Program-made: the position numbers and the translations under genes
In this document: piece by piece, positions 10,187 through 18,991 of the stretch
How the letters are laid out: each line of letters begins with the position of its first letter
How positions within the stretch are numbered: the first letter of the stretch is position 1
Notes under the pieces: generated by a model
The model's input: the letters and a program-made list of their open reading frames with translations, nothing else
Databases searched by the model: none
What the model was told of the DNA's origin: nothing
Source: Spirochaetota bacterium
GTDB lineage: Bacteria; Spirochaetota; UBA4802; UBA5550
Direction of reading: 5' to 3'
DNA length: 64,000 bases
Assembly (NCBI GenBank): GCA_963663865.1
Contig: OY760686.1
Coordinates: 1,792,001-1,856,000, forward strand

Positions 10187-12781
10187 CTATGACAGCTTCC
10201 CTTCGTACGCATTAAGGTACATCTGCTTTATCTCTGAGATGAGCGGGTACCTCGGGTTCGCACCTGTGCACTGGTCGTCGAACGCGAGCTCGCACATGGT
10301 GTCAAGGGTTTCCATGAAAGCTTTCTCATCAACTCCGGCTTCTTTAATCGAGAGCGGGATATTGACTTTCTTTTTGAGCTCGTCTATCGCGTCGATAAGT
10401 CGCTGGACCTTGTCATCTGCAGTTTTCCCGCCAAGTCCAAGAAAATCAGCGATTTTCGCGTATCTTTCGCGAGCATTAGGATACTTGTACTGCGGGAAAG
10501 ATGCCTGTTTGATCGGAGCGTCCGTTGCATTGAACTTGATCGTGTGATTGATCAGTATTCCGTTTGCCAGACCGTGGGGCAGGTGGTGTTGAGCTCCGAG
10601 CTTGTGTGCCATTGAGTGGCAAACTCCAAGGAATGCGTTCGCGAAAGCTATTCCCGCGAGAGCTGAAGCGTAGTGCATTTTCTCTCTTGCCTTGAGGTCA
10701 GTCGCGCCGTTCTCGTAAGCGGACGGAAGGTACTTGAAGATCAGCCTCATGGCTTCGAGGGCAATTCCGTTCGTAAAGTCAGACGCGAGAACTGAAACAT
10801 AGGATTCAATCGCGTGAGTGAGCGCGTCAATGCCGGAGAAGGCTGTGAGTCCTTTCGGCATGCTCATTACAAGCTCGGGGTCGATGATCGCCATATTCGG
10901 TGTAAGTTCATAGTCGGCAATAGGATACTTGTGACCGGTTTTCTCGTCGGTAACAACGGCAAACGGTGTCACCTCGCTTCCCGTTCCCGATGTGGTCGGA
11001 ACGGCAACCATGACGGCCTTCTTGCCCATTGTCGGGAACTTGTAGATGCGCTTCCTGATGTCCATAAACCTGAGCGTGAGCCCTTCGAACTTTATGTCCG
11101 GATTTTCGTACATGAGCCACATTACCTTTGCCGCGTCCATTGGCGATCCGCCGCCGAGAGCGATAATAACGTCGGGCTGGAAGACGTTCATGATGGAAAG
11201 GCCCCTTGTGACAGTGGCGAGTGTAGGATCAGGTTCGACCTCGGCGAATATTTCGAAATCGATATTCAGTGTTTCAAGTACGTTCGTGATCTTGTCGGCG
11301 TAACCGAGGTCAAAAAGCGGCTTGTCGGTAACAATAAACGCTCTCTTCTTGTTTTCAAGCTCCTGAAGAGCGACTGGAAGCGAGCCGTATTTGAAGTATA
11401 TCTTTGGCGGAACTCTGAACCAGAGCATATTTTCTCTCCTTTCTGCGACGGTTTTAATGTTGATAAGGTGTTTAACGCCTACGTTCTCACTGACGCTGTT
11501 TCCTCCCCATGATCCGCAGCCGAGTGTCAGAGAGGGTTCAAGCCTGAAGTTGTAGATGTCACCGATGGCGCCGTGAGATGAAGGCATGTTTATAAGGAGA
11601 CGCCCCGTCTTAAGCCTCGCGCCGAAGCTTCTTACCCTGTCCTGGTTTTTCAGCTGGTCGGTGTATAGTACTGATGTGTGGCCCATGCCTCCGAACTCAA
11701 CGAGCTGTATTGCCTTCTCGACTGCATCTTCAAAGTTCTTTGCCCTGTAAAGCCCGAGAACTGGAGAGAGTTTTTCATGGGCGAATGATTCCTTATGGCC
11801 TATCTCTGAAGCCTCCCCAATGAGCACCTTGGCGGTTTCTGGGACCTTTATTCCGGAAAGCTTTGCGATTGTAAACGCGCTCTGTCCTACTATGGCAGCG
11901 TTCAGCTTTCCGTCCTGAATGATTGTTTTAGCGACTTTATTCTTTTCTTCTTTGTTGAGGATATATGCTCCGCGTTCCGCGAACTCCTTCTTAACCTCGT
12001 CGAAAACGTCATCAACAACAATGACGGTCTGCTCAGACGCGCAGATTACGCCGTTGTCGAATGTCTTGCTCATCAGGATGCTGTTTACAGCCATTTTCAA
12101 GTGAGCTGTTTCGTCGATAATGGCGGGAGTGTTTCCTGCTCCAACCCCGATGGCGGGCGTCCCTGACGAGTAGGCGGCCTTTACCATGCCGGGGCCTCCG
12201 GTTGCAAGGATGAGGTTGATATCATTATGCCTCATCAGCTGCTGGCTCATCTCTACCGTCGGCTCGTCTATCCAGCCGATAATGTTGTCCGGCGCTCCAG
12301 CTTTGTTGGCGGCTTCAAGCACAATCCTGGCTGCCTCAATGGTGCATCCCTTTGCTCTCGGGTGCGGTGAGAATATGATCGCGTTTCTTGTCTTAAGCGC
12401 GAGAAGCGCCTTGAAAATCGCTGTGGATGTAGGGTTTGTTGTTGGAACTACACCCGCTACGATTCCGATAGGCTCGGCAACCTTCTTGATTCCGAACGAA
12501 GGGTCCTCTTCGATGATGCCGCAGGTCTTGTCGTCCTTGTACTGGTTGTAGATGTACTCGGCGGCAAAGTGGTTCTTGATGACCTTGTCCTCGACGATTC
12601 CCATTCCAGTTTCAGCGACGGCCTGTTTCGCGAGCGATATGCGTGCCTCATTCGCTGCTATGGCCGCTCGCCTGAAAATCTCATCGACCTGTTCCTGTGA
12701 AAAAGTTGAATATGTCTTCTGGGCCTCTTTCACTTTTGCAATGAGCTTTTCAAGCTCTTCGGGGTTTGTTACTCTTGTCAT
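10187..12781 (-). CDS. adhE: Bifunctional acetaldehyde-CoA/alcohol dehydrogenase
   Basis: 864 aa. ALDH part: PTTNPTST, SKTFDNGVICASEQ, SLTLGCGSWGGNS. Fe-ADH part: GGGSPMDAAK, GVCHSMAH, HGLAN. Confidence 0.97.
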   Translation of the reverse strand: MTRVTNPEELEKLIAKVKEAQKTYSTFSQEQVDEIFRRAAIAANEARISLAKQAVAETGMGIVEDKVIKNHFAAEYIYNQYKDDKTCGIIEEDPSFGIKKVAEPIGIVAGVVPTTNPTSTAIFKALLALKTRNAIIFSPHPRAKGCTIEAARIVLEAANKAGAPDNIIGWIDEPTVEMSQQLMRHNDINLILATGGPGMVKAAYSSGTPAIGVGAGNTPAIIDETAHLKMAVNSILMSKTFDNGVICASEQTVIVVDDVFDEVKKEFAERGAYILNKEEKNKVAKTIIQDGKLNAAIVGQSAFTIAKLSGIKVPETAKVLIGEASEIGHKESFAHEKLSPVLGLYRAKNFEDAVEKAIQLVEFGGMGHTSVLYTDQLKNQDRVRSFGARLKTGRLLINMPSSHGAIGDIYNFRLEPSLTLGCGSWGGNSVSENVGVKHLINIKTVAERRENMLWFRVPPKIYFKYGSLPVALQELENKKRAFIVTDKPLFDLGYADKITNVLETLNIDFEIFAEVEPDPTLATVTRGLSIMNVFQPDVIIALGGGSPMDAAKVMWLMYENPDIKFEGLTLRFMDIRKRIYKFPTMGKKAVMVAVPTTSGTGSEVTPFAVVTDEKTGHKYPIADYELTPNMAIIDPELVMSMPKGLTAFSGIDALTHAIESYVSVLASDFTNGIALEAMRLIFKYLPSAYENGATDLKAREKMHYASALAGIAFANAFLGVCHSMAHKLGAQHHLPHGLANGILINHTIKFNATDAPIKQASFPQYKYPNARERYAKIADFLGLGGKTADDKVQRLIDAIDELKKKVNIPLSIKEAGVDEKAFMETLDTMCELAFDDQCTGANPRYPLISEIKQMYLNAYEGKLS

Positions 12782-12816
12782 GATTTGCTCTCCTTATATT
12801 TAATATTGCATGATAG

Positions 12817-13452
12817 CTATTTGATGCTGTACTGTCTTTCCTGAGCGTTTACGAAATAGATTACTGCCTCCATCTCCATCTCAAGGTTTACATTGGTTAT
12901 AATGAAGTCTTCAGGCGCCCTCAGCCGGATGGGGGCGAAGTTAAGAACACCCTTTATTCCGGCCCGTATCATGACATCAAGGACCGATTGGGCGAAAAGG
13001 TCCGGAACCGCTATGATGCCGGTTTTGATCCCGTTTTCCCTGATGTATTCTTCCATGTTCTCTACCGGAAGAACAGGCGGCTCCGCGGCGGCGTTGAGCT
13101 TTGTCCTGTCATTGTCAAAGACTGCGACAATGCTGATGCTCTCGTTCTTAAAGCCCTTGTAGGTCTCCATGGCTTTACCTATATGGCCGTAGCCGGCAAG
13201 AACCACCTTTTCTATCTCATTTTTTCCGAGGATATCGCCAAGTTTATCAAGGAGGTCTTCTATGTTGTAACCGCCCTTTTTGCTGCCTGTAATGTCGAAG
13301 AGCGAGAAGTCCTTCCTGACCTGTGACGGTGTAACTCCGATCGCGTCCGCGAGGTTGTCGGAGAATACCTTTTTGAATCCAAGTGTCCTCAGCCTCGACA
13401 GGGCCTTTCTGTATCTCGAAAGCCTCAAAATGCAGTTGCGGTTAGTCAGCAT
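12817..13452 (-). CDS. rex: Redox-sensing transcriptional repressor Rex
   Basis: RLSRYR, SQVRKDFS, GxKKGGYNI wHTH; GYGHIGKA Rossmann fold; GVLNFAP. Start ATG13452 behind AGAGGAG. Confidence 0.93.
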   Translation of the reverse strand: MLTNRNCILRLSRYRKALSRLRTLGFKKVFSDNLADAIGVTPSQVRKDFSLFDITGSKKGGYNIEDLLDKLGDILGKNEIEKVVLAGYGHIGKAMETYKGFKNESISIVAVFDNDRTKLNAAAEPPVLPVENMEEYIRENGIKTGIIAVPDLFAQSVLDVMIRAGIKGVLNFAPIRLRAPEDFIITNVNLEMEMEAVIYFVNAQERQYSIK

Positions 13453-13541
13453 GTTTATCGCTCCTCTCTTATGTGTTAATGTACCAATACTTTTCATAGA
13501 TGAGTTTGGTCAAGCATATAAAGTTCATAAAAACACAAATA

Positions 13542-13559
13542 ATGTGAAAAATATAACAT
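13542..13559. promoter_or_regulatory. Putative Rex operator
   Basis: ATGTGAA-AAAT-ATAACAT resembles the Rex consensus TTGTGAA-N4-TTCACAA and lies upstream of rex-adhE. Confidence 0.55.
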
Positions 13560-13676
13560 AATATGTTACAATAAATCTAAAATATGGGCAAATTGTGATA
13601 TAAATAGACAATATAAGCGTATATGTTTAGATGTGAGGGTGTTAGTCGCGGCTGTCGGAAGAACAGTCTTTATTGC

Positions 13677-13708
13677 AAAAAAGACACCCTGCTTTAGACA
13701 GGGTGTCT
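13677..13708 (-). terminator. Rho-independent terminator after the barrel gene pair
   Basis: AGACACCCTG/CAGGGTGTCT perfect 10-bp stem with a T-run on the minus strand. Confidence 0.8.
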
Positions 13709-13748
13709 CGATTCATACAAGCTTTGCGATGTTATGTTGTCTGAACCT

Positions 13749-14417
13749 TTAGTTGTAGGTTGCTGTTAAGGCTATCCCGTAGTAGAGATTGGATATGTTG
13801 TTAGGAAGACCCTGATCCTTCATGCTTGAGTAGCTGAAAACCCCCGCTATGCCGAGACCCCAGTTATCAGAGGTCCACCATTCCTTTCCGCATGAAATGG
13901 AAAAACCGTAACCGGTATCGCTTGAGCCCGTGGTTTCAACGCCTGAATCATTTGTGGTAATGCTTGCCTTTGTAATGTTGACTGACATGCCAAAGTAGAC
14001 ATTTGACGGGAGTATATAGTAGCTGAAGCCTAATCCCTGCGTTAAAGTGTCAGTAGTCATGTCTCTCGATTGTGCGGTTTCTTCTCCAAGTTTAAGCTCC
14101 GGATCTTCAAGGATATATATGCCCATTTCATAAAAAAGAACAATATTGGGGCTCAGTGATCCTCCGAACAAGAAATTGACATTGGTTCCGGTACCGCTCA
14201 TCTTGAGGTCGCTGTTGTAATCAAATTCTTCATAGTTGGTACTCTGGCTTCCGAAACCCATCATAAAACGGAAGAAAAAACCGTCATGGGTGTGGTAGCC
14301 GAATTCATGATTTTCTGATGTGTCCTGGGTGTTTTGCGAAAACGCGAATTCGGTGAAAAACATAAAAAGAGAGAAGAGAAAGCATACTGCAGTAATTTTT
14401 TTGAAATGGTACATCAT
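13749..14417 (-). CDS. Putative small outer-membrane beta-barrel protein (paralogue 2)
   Basis: Signal peptide, GYHTHDGFFFRF motif, alternating amphipathic strands, C-terminal ALTATYN. Confidence 0.7.
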   Translation of the reverse strand: MMYHFKKITAVCFLFSLFMFFTEFAFSQNTQDTSENHEFGYHTHDGFFFRFMMGFGSQSTNYEEFDYNSDLKMSGTGTNVNFLFGGSLSPNIVLFYEMGIYILEDPELKLGEETAQSRDMTTDTLTQGLGFSYYILPSNVYFGMSVNITKASITTNDSGVETTGSSDTGYGFSISCGKEWWTSDNWGLGIAGVFSYSSMKDQGLPNNISNLYYGIALTATYN

Positions 14418-14490
14418 GTCCTCCAGGCTGTTCTTTGTATTGATTACAGAAATGGCACTGTAATTTTCGGTTAACTTGATGAAATGTGAT

Positions 14491-15141
14491 TCAGTTGTAT
14501 GTCGCCGTCAGCGCAATTCCGAAGAAGTAGTTGCTTATGTGATTGGGAAGGCCTTCGTCCTTCATTCGCGAATAGCTGAGAATAGCCGCGAGACCTATGC
14601 CCCAGTCAGCTGACACCCATCTCTCCTGACCGGCTGTGAAGGTAAAACCGTAGCCGATTTCACTTGATCCGCTACCCTCATCGGTATCAGCAGTGATCCT
14701 GGCAAGGTCAAGACTAAGTGATAGATATGTGTTTGACGGCGTAAAGTGGTAGTTAGCTCCAAGGCCATCCGTTTTCAGTCTGTTGGTTAAACCGGAAGTG
14801 GAATAAGTCATTCCATCCTGTTCGAGCTTGGGGTTTTTCTGATTGATAATGCTGGTTTTATAGAAAAGTGAGATGTCAGGGGAAATGCTGGCTCCAACCT
14901 GGATTGACGCATTGAATCCAGGGCCACTGCAGGTAAATCCTGAAATCAGATCGGACTCTTCATAATTGGAGTTCAGATATCCGAAACCTCCCAGAAGCCT
15001 CAAAAAAAGGCCGTCATGTGTATGGTAGCCTGGCTCATTCGCAGCTGCAGATTCCGCTTCGTTTTCAGCGAATAAGGGGGCTGCTGTGAGTGTGACCAAA
15101 ATGAAGAGCAAGCATCTGTGAATAATTCTGTTTCGATACAT
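14491..15141 (-). CDS. Putative small outer-membrane beta-barrel protein (paralogue 1)
   Basis: Signal peptide, GYHTHDGLFLRL, ERWVSADWGIG, MKDEGLPNHISN, C-terminal ALTATYN; clearly homologous to 13749-14417. Start ATG15141 (alternative TTG15156). Confidence 0.7.
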   Translation of the reverse strand: MYRNRIIHRCLLFILVTLTAAPLFAENEAESAAANEPGYHTHDGLFLRLLGGFGYLNSNYEESDLISGFTCSGPGFNASIQVGASISPDISLFYKTSIINQKNPKLEQDGMTYSTSGLTNRLKTDGLGANYHFTPSNTYLSLSLDLARITADTDEGSGSSEIGYGFTFTAGQERWVSADWGIGLAAILSYSRMKDEGLPNHISNYFFGIALTATYN

Positions 15142-15541
15142 CCTGTCCGCCAGCAAGTCTGTTATATAAGGTTAATCCTTAATTACGTACACATGCTATG
15201 AAATTGCTTAAGCCTCAAGACCCTGTTGTGAAATACAACGTTTTATGCGATAATGAGAAATGTTGAGGCATATCGTTGAATATTCTTATAAATATAAAAT
15301 TCATGGTTTATAAAAAGTCAAACTTTTTTATTTTTCGATTTAATTTTGCTTAATATTGATTTCTGACAGAGGGTTTTCTGCTGTGAGAAAATAATCTTGA
15401 CAGTGGACAGGGCTCCCGGAATCTGTATGTTCCGGACGGTTTTCCGCCGCGGGATCTGCCCAGACCGCTCATTATTCTTCTAAAGGTTCAACAGGACGCT
15501 ATCCCGAAATTATAATTCTAATAATCATAGAGAGTTTGATA

Positions 15542-17176
15542 ATGCTGTACGTAAACAATGTATCTCTGTCATTTGGCGGCAGAGTCCTTTTTAAAGATGT
15601 CAACATAAAGTTCAGGCCCGGAAACTGCTACGGTCTGATCGGAGCAAACGGCGCAGGCAAGTCTACCTTCCTCAAGATAATTTCCGGTGAACTGGAGCCG
15701 GGCGAAGGTGAAGTCCTTACCGACCCGGGTGAGAGAATAGCTATTCTGCGTCAGGACCACTTTGCCTTCGACGAGTATACAGTTCTGGATACGGTCATCA
15801 TGGGGCATGCGGAGCTTTTCGATGTTCTGAGAGAGCGGGACGAGATATACAGCAAGGATGATTTCTCTGATGAAGATGGCATCAGAGCCTCCGAGCTTGA
15901 GGAGAAGGTCGCTGAGATGAACGGGTACGACGCTGAGGCCGACGCTGCTATTCTTCTTTCTGGACTTGGCGTCGATGATTCACTTCACACGAAGAAGATG
16001 AAGGAGCTTGAAGGCGGTGAGAAGGTAAAGGTGCTTCTTGCGCAGGCTCTTTACGGAAACCCCGATATCCTTCTTCTCGATGAGCCTACGAACCACCTTG
16101 ACCTTGAGTCGGTATCGTGGCTGGAGGAGTTTCTGATTGATTTCAAAAACACGGTAATTGTAGTCAGCCACGACAGGTACTTTCTTAACAGGGTTTGTAC
16201 ACACATAGCCGACATCGATTACGCTAAGATAATGGTGTACTCCGGCAACTATGCCTTCTGGCAGGAGGCAAGCCAGCTCGCGATGAAGCAGAAAAAAGAG
16301 GAAAACCGCAAAATTGAGGAAAAGCGAAAGGAGATTCAGCAGTTTGTTGAACGTTTCTCTTCAAACGCGTCGAAGGCGAAACAGGCAACGGCCCGCAAGA
16401 AGCTGCTGGATAAGCTTGTGGTAGAGGAGATTCATGCATCGTCGAGAAAATACCCCTTTATCGAGTTTAAACCGGACAGGGAGTGCGGACGTTCAATTCT
16501 CCGGATTGAAGGCCTGACAAAGTCAATCGAAGGCGAGCAGCTCTTCAAAGGCCTTGAGCTTGTGGTCAACAAGGGCGACAAAATTGCATTTCTGTCATGG
16601 AGCCATGTAGTACAGACAGCTCTCTTTAAAATCCTTACGGGTGAGATGGAGCCGGACAGCGGGTCATATACCTGGGGCGAGACAATTACACAGGCCTATA
16701 TCCCCAGGGAGAATTCTGATATCTTTGACAGCGATATGAGCATTCTTCAGTGGATCAGGCAGTACACCGAGAGTACTGACGAGAGCTTCGCGCGCGGTTT
16801 TCTGGGCAGAATGCTCTTCTCCGGCGATGAGTCGCTTAAGGGGCTTTCCGTTCTTTCGGGTGGTGAGAAGATGAGATGCCTGATCGCCAGGTCCATGCTT
16901 TCAGGCGCGAACGCCCTCATCTTTGACGACCCGACCAATCACCTTGACCTGGAAACAATCACTTCGCTCAACAACGGGCTTGCCAGGTTCCCGGAGATTG
17001 TTCTGTTTACTTCGCATGACCATGAGTTCATTAACACTGTCGCTAACCGAATTGTTGAGATTACACCTCACGGAGTCATTGACAGGATGATGAGCTTTGA
17101 CGACTATCTCGCCAGCGAAGATGTCAAAAAGCTGCGTGATGATATGTACAAGGGCCATGTAAGGCTTTCACTGTAG
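15542..17176 (+). CDS. ABC-F family ATPase (YbiT/YkpA-like)
   Basis: Two ABC domains, GLIGANGAGKSTFLK, LLLDEPTNHLD, RFSSNASKAKQATAR linker; no TM segments. Confidence 0.9.
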   Translation: MLYVNNVSLSFGGRVLFKDVNIKFRPGNCYGLIGANGAGKSTFLKIISGELEPGEGEVLTDPGERIAILRQDHFAFDEYTVLDTVIMGHAELFDVLRERDEIYSKDDFSDEDGIRASELEEKVAEMNGYDAEADAAILLSGLGVDDSLHTKKMKELEGGEKVKVLLAQALYGNPDILLLDEPTNHLDLESVSWLEEFLIDFKNTVIVVSHDRYFLNRVCTHIADIDYAKIMVYSGNYAFWQEASQLAMKQKKEENRKIEEKRKEIQQFVERFSSNASKAKQATARKKLLDKLVVEEIHASSRKYPFIEFKPDRECGRSILRIEGLTKSIEGEQLFKGLELVVNKGDKIAFLSWSHVVQTALFKILTGEMEPDSGSYTWGETITQAYIPRENSDIFDSDMSILQWIRQYTESTDESFARGFLGRMLFSGDESLKGLSVLSGGEKMRCLIARSMLSGANALIFDDPTNHLDLETITSLNNGLARFPEIVLFTSHDHEFINTVANRIVEITPHGVIDRMMSFDDYLASEDVKKLRDDMYKGHVRLSL

Positions 17177-17182
17177 GGGAAA

Positions 17183-18991
17183 ATGGCTCTCATAAATCTT
17201 CAGAATATAACGCTGTCGTTTGGAGGGCCGACGCTCCTTGACGGGATCGATCTGCAGATACAGCCGGCAGAGAGAATTTGCCTGCTCGGAAGAAATGGCG
17301 CGGGCAAGTCCTCTCTAATGCGCATCATTTCGGGGGAGATGGAACCTGACTCCGGTGAAATTGTGCGTGAAAAGGGATCAACAGCAGCCTTCCTTCCCCA
17401 GGATGTTCCTGAAGACATACGGGGGACAGCCTTTGAGGTCATTGAGTCCGGACTATACGGCGATTCGGCCCTGGACATGATGTATCATAAGGACGAGATG
17501 AAGATGAAGCTCCAGGCTGAAAAGACGCTCTCTCTTCTCTCGATGGACGGGTCGCTTGTCTTTGAGAACCTTTCAGCAGGCATGAAGAGAAGGGTGCTTC
17601 TCGGAAGGGCCCTGGTGCGCGAACCTGACATCCTGCTTCTTGATGAACCTACTAACCACCTTGACATCGAGTCGATATCGTGGCTCGAAGAATTTTTATT
17701 CAGATATAAAACCTCTGTTTTTTTTGTCACGCATGACAGGTCATTTCTTCAAAAGACCGCCGACCGAATCATAGAGCTTGACCGGGGTAAGCTTGCTGAC
17801 TGGAAATGCGATTACGCAACATTTTTAAAACGAAAGGAAGCGATGCTCGAAAACGAGGAGACACACAACGCCCTCTTCGATAAAAAGCTTGCTCAGGAAG
17901 AGGCCTGGATCAGACAGGGGATTAAGGCCAGACGTACCCGGAATGAGGGCCGCGTCAGGGCCCTTGAACAGATGAGGAAGGAGAGGGCCGAAAGGCGGGA
18001 CATGCAGGGCCGTGTCAAGATGAGCCTCAACAGCGCTGAACGCTCAGGCAGACTCATAGCTGAGGCTGAGAATATCTGCTTTTCTTACGGTGACAGCGAT
18101 ATCATTACTTCGTTTTCAACGGTCATACAGAGAGGGGACCGCGTGGCTGTGATGGGCCCGAACGGATGCGGGAAAAGCACTCTTGTTAAACTTCTTCTGG
18201 GTGAGTTAAGCCCTATTTCCGGTTCCGTAAGGCTCGGAGAGCGTATTGAGTACGCATATTTCGATCAGCTGAAATCGACCCTTGACCCTGAGAAGACTGT
18301 AAGAGAAACAGTCGAGGAAGCAGGAGAGACGGTGACTATAAACGGCAGGGACAGACATGTGATAGGCTACCTGCAGGATTTTCTGTTTTCGCCTGACCGT
18401 GCCCGGGTAAAGGTTGCATCTCTTTCGGGAGGTGAAAAGAACAGACTCCTGCTGGCAAAGCTCTTTGCCAGGCCAGCTAATCTGCTTATTCTTGATGAAC
18501 CGACAAACGATCTAGACCTCGAAACCGTTGAGCTTCTCGAAGAGCTTCTTTCTGAATACAGCGGCACAATCATACTTGTCAGTCACGACAGGGCCTTCGT
18601 AAACGCCGTAGCGACAAGCACTATCGTATTTGAAGGCGAAGGCTTAATTAGAGAGTATGCCGGCGGATACGACGACTGGCTGTATCAGAGAAAAAATGAA
18701 ACAGCTCCGCAGCCGCAGAAGGAGAAAAAAGGCCGGGAGAAGAAAACAAAGGAAAAGACAAAGCTGAGCTTTCGCGAGAAAAAGGAGCTTGAAGAGATAC
18801 CGGCCCTTATAGATAAGAAGGAATCTGATAAATCAGACCTTCTGCAGAAGATGTCCGATCCGGAACTGTTCCGGGAAGGAAGCGGAGTGAATTCCCTGCG
18901 TGGTGAATATGAAAACCTTGTAACAGAACTTGAGGCTCTTTACACAAGATGGGAAGAGCTTGAGAATATGAAGGCGGAGTACGGAGAATGA
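17183..18991 (+). CDS. uup: ABC-F family ATPase Uup
   Basis: WIRQGIKARRTRNEGRVRAL linker, LSGGEKNRLLLAKLF, C-terminal KLSFREKKELE...YTRWEELE coiled coil. Confidence 0.88.
   Translation: MALINLQNITLSFGGPTLLDGIDLQIQPAERICLLGRNGAGKSSLMRIISGEMEPDSGEIVREKGSTAAFLPQDVPEDIRGTAFEVIESGLYGDSALDMMYHKDEMKMKLQAEKTLSLLSMDGSLVFENLSAGMKRRVLLGRALVREPDILLLDEPTNHLDIESISWLEEFLFRYKTSVFFVTHDRSFLQKTADRIIELDRGKLADWKCDYATFLKRKEAMLENEETHNALFDKKLAQEEAWIRQGIKARRTRNEGRVRALEQMRKERAERRDMQGRVKMSLNSAERSGRLIAEAENICFSYGDSDIITSFSTVIQRGDRVAVMGPNGCGKSTLVKLLLGELSPISGSVRLGERIEYAYFDQLKSTLDPEKTVRETVEEAGETVTINGRDRHVIGYLQDFLFSPDRARVKVASLSGGEKNRLLLAKLFARPANLLILDEPTNDLDLETVELLEELLSEYSGTIILVSHDRAFVNAVATSTIVFEGEGLIREYAGGYDDWLYQRKNETAPQPQKEKKGREKKTKEKTKLSFREKKELEEIPALIDKKESDKSDLLQKMSDPELFREGSGVNSLRGEYENLVTELEALYTRWEELENMKAEYGE

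Noticed and set aside
7700-12803. Many antisense ORFs (e.g. 10814-11512) opposite the RND and adhE genes, and similar ones elsewhere
   Set aside because: Shadow frames of well-supported genes with no recognisable domains.
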